DNA of 7,675 nt from Candidatus Heimdallarchaeota archaeon (GTDB lineage Archaea > Asgardarchaeota > Heimdallarchaeia > JABLTI01): the NCBI GenBank assembly GCA_030614005.1, contig JAUWKS010000103.1, positions 1-7,675 of the forward strand, written 5' to 3'. The notes under the pieces are model-generated. The model was not told the DNA's origin and made no database searches. It saw only the letters and a list, made by a program, of their open reading frames with translations. The translations under genes and the position numbers were made by a program. Position 1 is the stretch's first letter. Each line of letters begins with the position of its first letter. Of this stretch, positions 1-6,608 are shown in pieces.

Positions 1-516
1 ATCGATATCAAAATCAATTAATGAGTCAGCTAAATTATTACCAATGAAACATTCTTTTCCCTCTAAACTACTGAAATTATTGTCATTATTTCCATATTGG
101 TCATCTAGAACAAAATCACCAAATCCTTTATCGAGCTCTTCATCTATCCCTAGAATAGTAACTATTGGTTCGGTTTGATCAGTAACAGTAGAAATTGCCC
201 CCACTAAGTTAGTTATTCTTGGAGCGATGCCATCAATATATTGACCAATAGTTGGATCATTCTTAAAATTCTCATAAACAGAGTAATCGAAGAATTCGAG
301 CTGATATTCTCCTTTTTGTATCGCAATATCAGCATTGCCATATCTTAAACTAACAGTTTCTTGCATAGCATTAACTAACGAATCTGTGGCAACTTGCACA
401 CCAGCTAAAAGTGACACACCAATAAGTATTCCAAGTGTATTTATTACGTTCTTTAATTTCCTTCTGCTGATTCCTCTTAAAGCATGTTTAATGGCAAATA
501 ACAACTGGTAGCCCAC
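1..516 (-). CDS. ABC transporter permease, MacB/FtsX-like family, 5' part only (runs off the left edge)
   Basis: Hand translation gives a stop-free frame from GTG at 516 to base 1 (172 codons), with an in-frame TAA shortly upstream and AGGA before the GTG. Sequence: (M)GYQLLFAIKHALRGISRRKLKNVINTLGILIGVSLLAGVQVATDSLVNAMQETVSLRYGNADIAIQKG...IDGIAPRITNLVGAISTVTDQTEPIVTILGIDEELD...ECFIGNNLADSL. The basic amphipathic helix, 'RRKLKNVINTLGILIGV' TM1, extracytoplasmic domain with 'xxPRI', 'ILGID' and 'IGxxLA' match the MacB_PCD pattern. Confidence 0.85.
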   Translation of the reverse strand, partial: MGYQLLFAIKHALRGISRRKLKNVINTLGILIGVSLLAGVQVATDSLVNAMQETVSLRYGNADIAIQKGEYQLEFFDYSVYENFKNDPTIGQYIDGIAPRITNLVGAISTVTDQTEPIVTILGIDEELDKGFGDFVLDDQYGNNDNNFSSLEGKECFIGNNLADSLIDFDID

Positions 517-758
517 TCCAATGTTTCCTATAAATAATAATTAGTTGTATTGTTATAAATTGATAAACATTGATATTCTAATAGATAAGGTACTATTTCT
601 TATAGTTTTTAAGTGAAATGTTTGTCACTTGTTGCTTACTTTCCAAAAACGGTTTATCTACATTAACTTTTTGAAAGGGAATGAAATAAATGTTACAACC
701 TCAAAAGATTTATTCATTAAAAATCCAATATAAGTAAGATTTTCAAAACAAGAGATGT

Positions 759-766
759 TTTATAAG
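759..766 (+). promoter_or_regulatory. Candidate archaeal TATA box (TTTATAAG) with purine-rich BRE-like upstream sequence
   Basis: TTTATAAG follows AAAACAAGAGATG and lies 30 nt before ATG 797. AGGTG (SD-like) is at 785-789. The region is AT-rich, so chance matches are possible. Confidence 0.35.
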
Positions 767-796
767 ATAGGAGAAAAAAATTTCAGGTGCAAAATT

Positions 797-2362
797 ATGA
801 GTTACTCGGATGAGAAAGAAGCAGAAATAGTAAAGTTCCCGGGAATTGCTAGCATATCTTTATCAATTACTCCAATTAGAGAGTTTGAGAGTTTCGAAAT
901 GCTGGAAGCAGTTATCCGAGTCTATGATGAAAACGAAGAACAAATTATGAGGCAAAAAGCAAGATCATTACAAATTATTGCTAAAAATCTCAAACTATTC
1001 ATTCAGAATAGAACTGATTTACCAATAAATGATCGAAGAATGTCAACATGGTTTGCTGATTACCTAACAAAAATGGGTATTAAATTAGATGAAGAAGAAT
1101 CATATCAAATCATCAAAAAGGCTTCTCAGGCACTTGAACGAGTATCTAAGGTAAATATAGAATTAGTTGAACCTTCAGATTTAGTGTCAATTGAGACAGA
1201 TGTCTTAGCTAAGCTGATAGGTTTAAAATCCGATCATTTAATGTCAGAAGATGAACTTAATGATTTATTAGAGAAACATCAAACACCCGTCACTAACAAA
1301 GTTGTTCGAACAATGACCTATATCAATAACGGGGGAATCGAACACAAAGATACTCTTAATCTCGAAATTGTTCCTTCTGAACAAATCTTAAAACACTCTT
1401 TAGTAGCTTCTTTCAAAAATGAAACTGAAAAGGAATTAACAAAAGTTGTTATTTCAGATATTATTCCTTTTACATACAAAGTAACTGATGTAACAAGTAA
1501 AGAGGGAGGAAAATATAAAAAAGAATTATTAGAAAGTGGTTTGAAAATTACTTGGAAAGTAAGTAAAGTTGCACCAGGTAATGAAGTAAAAATGATCTAT
1601 AATTTTGAGAAAAGAATTCCTAGAACAATTTACATAAGAAAGAATGAAGAAATTAGAATAGTTCAAGATTATAATTCAATAATTGTTGAGAAACCAGAAG
1701 GTGTACCAGTAAAGAGATACTTCATTTCGGAAGTTATCAATCTATTACCTGTAACATTGGATGAACTTATTATTCGAGATTTAATTCCAACAGAAATGCA
1801 AGTAAAGGAAGAGAGCATTACTGAAGAAACAAAGTCAATTGATTTTGGACAAAACTTTGGTATAAACATCCAAGTTTCGGAAACAAATGTTGAAACCGGA
1901 ACCAAACATTTGAAGAAATATGAAATCATTCCTTCTCCTTTGATTTGGAAATACAGCCTTATTTCGCCAGTAAGTGAAGAAGATTCACGAGAAATTGCTG
2001 TAACAAAACTAATTGAACAAACTTCCAAAGAAGACATTTACATTTGTACAATTGTTGCATCAACTCCTGAACCTTGCAAAATAATTTGTCAAGTAGAAGA
2101 TGGCTTAAAAGCAACTGAATTCATGCCATCTGAACTTGCTCCAAATGCTTCTGGAAACACACTTACTTGGGAAATTGAGGGAAAATTAACCGTTTCATTA
2201 GTTCTTGAAGGGAAACTATCTAAACGGCCTCAACCACCAAAAGTTAAAATTGGCACTAAAGACTACGAAATGCCTGAAAGTAGCATTGTAATGGAAAGAA
2301 AGAGTAAGATAATCGCTATGCCTTTCAGTCATGTTGCTCTTTACAGAAAAGTTTCGAGATAA
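797..2362 (+). CDS. Uncharacterised protein: N-terminal alpha/beta domain plus three DUF11-like Ig/beta-sandwich repeats, no signal peptide or TM helix
   Basis: Long ORF (track 755..2362). Start placed at the second Met (797) because AGGTG precedes it and ATG 755 abuts a TATA-like box. Repeat motifs: 'FKNETEKELTKVVISDIIP...ITWKVSKVAPGNEVKMIY', 'VINLLPVTLDELIIRDLIP...TNVETGTKHLKKY', 'VTKLIEQ...YICTIV...GNTLTWEI'. These resemble the DUF11 pattern 'V-x-N...V-V-x-D-x-L-P...L-x-W-x-I-x-x-L-x-P-G'. Coding is well supported; the domain call is by eye. Confidence 0.6.
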   Translation: MSYSDEKEAEIVKFPGIASISLSITPIREFESFEMLEAVIRVYDENEEQIMRQKARSLQIIAKNLKLFIQNRTDLPINDRRMSTWFADYLTKMGIKLDEEESYQIIKKASQALERVSKVNIELVEPSDLVSIETDVLAKLIGLKSDHLMSEDELNDLLEKHQTPVTNKVVRTMTYINNGGIEHKDTLNLEIVPSEQILKHSLVASFKNETEKELTKVVISDIIPFTYKVTDVTSKEGGKYKKELLESGLKITWKVSKVAPGNEVKMIYNFEKRIPRTIYIRKNEEIRIVQDYNSIIVEKPEGVPVKRYFISEVINLLPVTLDELIIRDLIPTEMQVKEESITEETKSIDFGQNFGINIQVSETNVETGTKHLKKYEIIPSPLIWKYSLISPVSEEDSREIAVTKLIEQTSKEDIYICTIVASTPEPCKIICQVEDGLKATEFMPSELAPNASGNTLTWEIEGKLTVSLVLEGKLSKRPQPPKVKIGTKDYEMPESSIVMERKSKIIAMPFSHVALYRKVSR

Positions 2363-2392
2363 AAAGAAAGTAAAAGAAAAATGGAAAATAGT
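2363..2392 (-). terminator. U-rich archaeal-type terminator candidate for pyrF
   Basis: The 32-nt gap between convergent genes reads CTATTTTCCATTTTTCTTTTACTTTCTTTT on the minus strand, directly after the pyrF stop. Confidence 0.45.
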
Positions 2393-2394
2393 TA

Positions 2395-3222
2395 CTATTT
2401 TCCTTTTCTTACTTCGTTGAATTTTTTATTATATTCTTCAGCTGATGCGTGTAAATCAGAGGAATAAAGAATAGCACGACCAACATTTAACATAACATTT
2501 TCTCCACCGTGTTGAATAATTTTCTTTAAATCACCTTGTTGTTTTCCAATCCCAGGAACCAACATTACAACATCCTCTCCTGCTAATCGTCGAATAGTTT
2601 GTATGTCTTCTGTGGTAACATGTCCCGTAGCACCAACAACCATTCCATCCCCATTACTTATTTTAAGCTCCTCTGCAATAAATTCATAACCTTTTTTTCC
2701 ATCAATAATACCCTCTTTCATAAAATAGATTGCATCTGGATTGGACATTAAAGTAAGAGTAATTAACCCTAAACCAGCATTGTGTGCACTCTTGAGACTA
2801 TCAGCAATATTGCCAGCAAATGGAGAAAACGTTACTGCATCAAAACCCATTTCCTTCATCCAATAGAAACCAGAATCATTTGTAGAACCAATATCACCGA
2901 TTTTCTGATCGAGAATAGAAACTAAGCCTTGGTCATGAATTTTTTTATTCATTTTTTTGTAAGCATCAATGCCAATATGAAAGATATACTGATTATTAGG
3001 TTTGATTGCACAACAAAAATCTTGAACGCTCTCTAAAAAATCATCAAAAAATGAGAGGATTGCGTCTTCATTTGATGTACCATCAGCAAAATAACTTTCT
3101 TTCATAACGTTTTTTTCTCTTTGCTGAGGAATTGCAGGATCAAAACCAGCACAAAGAATGGAGTCTTTTTCATCGCGAGCTTTTTGATAATTCTTTAAAA
3201 AGTCCTTATCATAGGTAGTCAT
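2395..3222 (-). CDS. pyrF: Orotidine-5'-phosphate decarboxylase
   Basis: Catalytic DxKxxDIxxT motif (DQKIGDIGST), plus LCAGFDP, AIKPN, DAVTFSPFAG, VVGAT, LVPGIGKQQGD and NVGRAILY. These motifs match the long 'subfamily 2' OMP decarboxylases. Confidence 0.95.
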   Translation of the reverse strand: MTTYDKDFLKNYQKARDEKDSILCAGFDPAIPQQREKNVMKESYFADGTSNEDAILSFFDDFLESVQDFCCAIKPNNQYIFHIGIDAYKKMNKKIHDQGLVSILDQKIGDIGSTNDSGFYWMKEMGFDAVTFSPFAGNIADSLKSAHNAGLGLITLTLMSNPDAIYFMKEGIIDGKKGYEFIAEELKISNGDGMVVGATGHVTTEDIQTIRRLAGEDVVMLVPGIGKQQGDLKKIIQHGGENVMLNVGRAILYSSDLHASAEEYNKKFNEVRKGK

Positions 3223-3358
3223 TATTCTTTCAACCTTCTTTCTAAATTGTTTCAGAACTAGAATATTACTTTTGCTGAAAAAACAACCTTCATAATTTAA
3301 ATATTAAAGAATAAACCTTATTTGTAATGATACTAGTCGATAACTAGTGAGTAGACAA

Positions 3359-3577
3359 ATGAAAGTTCGTACAATAGGTTTCGCTGAGAAAATGTTTGGA
3401 TTCAAAGAAAAAGAGATTACCTTTGAAGGAGCCAAATTATTAAGCGAAGTTCTAGATTTTACTGAAATTCCACTGAATCTGATTGCAATAATAATAAACG
3501 AAAAAGCAGCAACCAAAGATCATAAAGTAAAAAATTCAGATAAAGTAATAATAACACAAATTGTTGCAGGCGGTTAA
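3359..3577 (+). CDS. Ubiquitin-like beta-grasp sulfur carrier / small modifier, ThiS/MoaD/SAMP family
   Basis: 72 aa from ATG 3359 (76 aa if GTG 3347 is used). MKVRTIGF first strand, IAIIINEKA, 'KVKNSDKVIITQIVAGG*' with a free C-terminal di-glycine directly before the stop. Confidence 0.88.
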   Translation: MKVRTIGFAEKMFGFKEKEITFEGAKLLSEVLDFTEIPLNLIAIIINEKAATKDHKVKNSDKVIITQIVAGG

Positions 3578-3814
3578 TTCATTCTCTTTTACATTAACTT
3601 GTTTTCGAAAATATGCAAAGAAAATCATTCAACTTTCTATTTCTTCTGAAGCAATTTTATTCAATTAATCATATACAGTAAAATTTCAAAATGTATTTTA
3701 ATATGATTGATTCAATTTAGTTCGTACTTCATTTGAGTACATATTACAACTATAATCGATGAATATCGATCAACAATCTGATGCAGAAGTTTTGCATAAG
3801 GGTGTTGCAACTAT

Positions 3815-3820
3815 AAGGAG
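3815..3820 (+). promoter_or_regulatory. Shine-Dalgarno-like site for the hydrolase gene
   Basis: AAGGAG ends 11 nt before ATG 3832. Confidence 0.5.
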
Positions 3821-3831
3821 TAAGATATATT

Positions 3832-4611
3832 ATGCCTAAAAAGGCTCATTTTCACGAGAAATTAGATATTAGTGCTAAAATTGTAGTAGCTACTGGATTG
3901 GGCGGTGCAGGACGAGAATATCCTGATTATTTTGAGAAATTTGGAAAAGAAAACGTCACAATTGTTTGTTGGGATGATTCTGTTTCAGATCTTAATTCCC
4001 ATATTGCGAAATTGAAGGAAAGTATTCCAAAAGAAGAACCTTTTGTGGCAGTTGGTCACAGCATGGGTGGTTGTATCTGGTTGGAACTTCTGAACAGAGA
4101 GATTATTCCGAATCAGCTCGGACAAGTTTTAGTTGGTTGTTCAAGAAGAGTGAGAGGAGATCAAGGTGTTGAATTTATTATGAAACGCCCTTGGTGGTTT
4201 ATTTGGATAATGGTTCTTGGATTGACATTAATCTTTCCAATAATGCTTCTCGTTTGGCGAAAGAAAACCTTTGACACTTATCGAGAGCTTTGGCGATTTG
4301 TAACAAAAGATGGCGCAAGGAAAATTCATAATCAGTACAATTTAACACTCAAAAAATTAGGAAATATAGAATCAGTAATGAATCCAGATTTACCTTTAGT
4401 AATCATTCGCTTAACAAGAGACACTCTAGTTGATGAAGAAGATTTAGAATTCACTAAATCGATGTTCAACGATCATCGTGAGCAAATCATTGAAAGCAAT
4501 TCGCTACACTTAACAGAGAAATTCGACCATATTACAGTTGAAAAAATCGCTCTTGAAGCAGAATACCTTGGATTAATTTCTAAGAAAGAAAAAATAGCAG
4601 TTATGCATTAA
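3832..4611 (+). CDS. Alpha/beta-fold serine hydrolase (esterase/lipase-like), probably membrane-associated
   Basis: Nucleophile elbow VAVGHSMGG (Ser77), oxyanion-loop-like VVATGLGG, candidate Asp197 (IIRLTRDTLV) and His226 (SNSLHLT) in canonical order. Hydrophobic segment at residues 121-142. Confidence 0.85.
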   Translation: MPKKAHFHEKLDISAKIVVATGLGGAGREYPDYFEKFGKENVTIVCWDDSVSDLNSHIAKLKESIPKEEPFVAVGHSMGGCIWLELLNREIIPNQLGQVLVGCSRRVRGDQGVEFIMKRPWWFIWIMVLGLTLIFPIMLLVWRKKTFDTYRELWRFVTKDGARKIHNQYNLTLKKLGNIESVMNPDLPLVIIRLTRDTLVDEEDLEFTKSMFNDHREQIIESNSLHLTEKFDHITVEKIALEAEYLGLISKKEKIAVMH

Positions 4612-4638
4612 CTGCTTTCTTTTATTTATTTTATTATA
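4612..4638 (+). terminator. T-rich terminator candidate for the hydrolase, overlapping the nadC stop
   Basis: CTGCTTTCTTTTATTTATTTTATTAT follows the hydrolase stop in a 14-nt gap between convergent genes. Confidence 0.35.
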
Positions 4639-5489
4639 TCAAGAGATAGATCAATTGATTTGAATGAATGAGTTAGAGCTCCAGAAGAAATAATATCTGC
4701 ACCCAATTTAGCGTATTTATTGATATTCTCTTTGTTAATTCCGCCACTCAATTCCAAAAGCACTCTATCACGTAGTTTGTTTTTCTCTAAGATCTCAATA
4801 GCTTTAACAACTTCCTTGGGGCTCATATTATCTAACATAATAATATCTGCACCTGCTTTAGCTGCTTCAAGCATTGTTTCATAATCTTCTACTTCCACTT
4901 CAATTTTCTTCGAAAAGCTAAGGTGTTTCCTCAATTGTTCAATCGCCGTTGTAATTGAAGTAAATAATACCCTATGATTGTCTTTGAGAAGAACCATATC
5001 ATCTAATCTCAACCTATGAGTATCTCCACCACCACAAGTTACTGCATATTTCTCAAAGAGACGCATACCAGGTGTGGTTTTTCGTGTCGCAGCAATTACT
5101 GTTTTAGAACCTTCAGGAACTTGCTGTACAAAAGACCATGTCTTTGTTGCAATGCCACACATTCGTGCTAAGAGATTGAGTGCCAGCCTTTCTCTGAGAA
5201 GAATATTTTTCATTGATCCATAAATGAGAGCAATATCTTGATCTTTTACCAATTTATCGCCATCATTTGCTTTTAGAATAACTTCACAACCTAATGGTTC
5301 GAAAATGTCAGAAATTAATACTGCACCAGAAAGAACACAATCTTCTCGAGTGAATATTCTAGCTTGTGCTTGCTTTTCTACAGGAATAAGAATTTCTGAA
5401 GTGATATCGCCATATCCCTCATCTTCTATTATGAAGTTTTTTAGTAATTCACCTGCGAGTGTTTTCGGAAAAGGATAGATTCTCTTCAT
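4626..5489 (-). CDS. nadC: Nicotinate-nucleotide pyrophosphorylase (quinolinate phosphoribosyltransferase)
   Basis: GDITS, ERLALNLLARMCGIAT, TRKTTPGMRLFEKYAVTCGGG, HRLRLDDMVLLKDNH, IEVEVE, ADIIMLDNM, ELSGGI, DIISSGALTHS. Its ATG overlaps the nadA TGA (ATGA, 5486-5489). Confidence 0.97.
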   Translation of the reverse strand: MKRIYPFPKTLAGELLKNFIIEDEGYGDITSEILIPVEKQAQARIFTREDCVLSGAVLISDIFEPLGCEVILKANDGDKLVKDQDIALIYGSMKNILLRERLALNLLARMCGIATKTWSFVQQVPEGSKTVIAATRKTTPGMRLFEKYAVTCGGGDTHRLRLDDMVLLKDNHRVLFTSITTAIEQLRKHLSFSKKIEVEVEDYETMLEAAKAGADIIMLDNMSPKEVVKAIEILEKNKLRDRVLLELSGGINKENINKYAKLGADIISSGALTHSFKSIDLSLDIIK

Positions 5490-6442
5490 GTTAATTCAAA
5501 CATCCTCAATATTGCTTTTTCCGCTTTATCATGAATTTCTTTTGGTATGATAATTTCATGTTGTTCATATAAGAGTGAATCGCGAACGAGTTCTAATGTA
5601 TTCTTTTTCATATTTTTACATATTGCAGTATCCTTTGCTAGAATAAAATTCTTTTCGGGATGATCATGATTTAATCGATCTACTAAACCCTTTTCCGTCG
5701 CAACAATGACATTTTTTGCTTCTGTTTCTTTCCCGAAGTAAATCATTGCAGCTGTAGATCCAACGAAATCAGCAATATCTTGTACTTCTGGATTGCATTC
5801 AGGATGAGCAATAACAACTGCATCTGGATACTGTTTTTTTATTTCATTAATAGTTGCAACATCAAATCTTCTATGGACGTAACAATGACCATTTTTGGGT
5901 ATTGGAATAACTTCAACATCTGGTAACGTTTTCTTTACGTACAATCCTAGGTTTTTATCTGGACCGAAGAAGACTTTCTTCACTCCAAGGTTTTTCACTA
6001 CAGTTGCAGCATTACTACTCGTGCAAGTTACATCTGCAGCTGCTTTCGTTTCAGCAGTTGTATTCACGTAAACAACGACAGGTATATCCTCATCGTATTC
6101 TTTGCGAGTGGCTTCAATTAACTCTGCACTGCATTGATCCGCCAAAGGGCATCCAGCATCAGGGTTTGGAATGAGAATTTTCATTTTAGGGTTTAGAATT
6201 TTTGCTGTTTCAGCCATGAAATGCACTCCAGCAAAAATAATCATTTTGGCATCTTTTGCATCACGCGCAGCTTCACTTAGTCCTAATGAGTCCCCAACAA
6301 GATCAGCAATTTCTTGAATTTCCAATTCTTGATAGTAATGTGCCAAAATAAAAGCATTCTTTTCCTTCTTCAGTTTGCGAATCTCTTGTTGGAGCTTAGC
6401 AATTTCTTCTGGTGTTTTTTTAGCTGGTATTTTTAAAGCCAT
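5486..6442 (-). CDS. nadA: Quinolinate synthase A, [4Fe-4S]
   Basis: ILAHYYQ, VGDSL, FAGVHFMAETAKILNP, YVNT, CTSSNA, FGPDKNLG, AHPEC, GST, TEKG. The three cluster-ligating Cys motifs are present: AGCPLA, GHCYVH and AICKNMK. Confidence 0.97.
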   Translation of the reverse strand: MALKIPAKKTPEEIAKLQQEIRKLKKEKNAFILAHYYQELEIQEIADLVGDSLGLSEAARDAKDAKMIIFAGVHFMAETAKILNPKMKILIPNPDAGCPLADQCSAELIEATRKEYDEDIPVVVYVNTTAETKAAADVTCTSSNAATVVKNLGVKKVFFGPDKNLGLYVKKTLPDVEVIPIPKNGHCYVHRRFDVATINEIKKQYPDAVVIAHPECNPEVQDIADFVGSTAAMIYFGKETEAKNVIVATEKGLVDRLNHDHPEKNFILAKDTAICKNMKKNTLELVRDSLLYEQHEIIIPKEIHDKAEKAILRMFELT

Positions 6443-6466
6443 AGGAAACCAAACGTCCCTTAAATT

Positions 6467-6474
6467 GTTTATAA
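6467..6474 (-). promoter_or_regulatory. Candidate TATA box for nadA-nadC (probably a leaderless or very short-leader mRNA)
   Basis: TTATAAAC on the minus strand, with 24 nt between it and the nadA ATG, a purine-rich GAGGAAAAGAA upstream, and no obvious SD before the ATG. Confidence 0.45.
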
Positions 6475-6532
6475 TAGAAGTTCTTTTCCTCTTTACAATT
6501 AAAACCTTCGCTTAGCTATCTTAGTTTTGATT

Positions 6533-6554
6533 AATAAAAAAATTATAAAAATAA
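6533..6554 (-). terminator. U-rich terminator candidate after the zinc-ribbon/CdvA-like gene
   Basis: The minus strand reads TTATTTTTATAATTTTTTTATT about 55 nt after the stop, upstream of the candidate nadA promoter. Confidence 0.4.
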
Positions 6555-6608
6555 GTGTTTCAAGAGAATTAAGGAAATCACTTCTTTTAACGCTCTTGTT
6601 TAAATAAC

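Noticed and set aside
619-675. Small ORF MFVTCCLLSKNGLSTLTF
   Set aside because: Only 18 aa, no RBS, and within chance expectation for an AT-rich intergenic region.
755-796. ATG 755 as the start of the Ig-repeat protein
   Set aside because: The first 14 codons overlap a TATA-like box, and ATG 797 has an AGGTG SD-like motif. The 755 start is not excluded but is less likely.
1669-2037. 122-aa minus-strand ORF from the track
   Set aside because: Lies entirely antisense to the long Ig-repeat gene. The Ser/Phe/Ile-rich composition is typical of a shadow frame, and it has no motifs.
3304-3516. 70-aa minus-strand ORF from the track
   Set aside because: Antisense shadow of the well-supported ubiquitin-like gene, with no recognisable features.
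3613-3681. Small ORF MQRKSFNFLFLLKQFYSINHIQ after the ubiquitin-like gene
   Set aside because: Only 22 aa, no RBS or motif, and it follows a T-rich terminator-like stretch.
3359-6442. A single system linking the sulfur carrier, hydrolase and Fe-S-dependent NadA
   Set aside because: The genes have separate or convergent orientations and their own promoter and terminator candidates. No established pathway joins them, and proximity is the only evidence.
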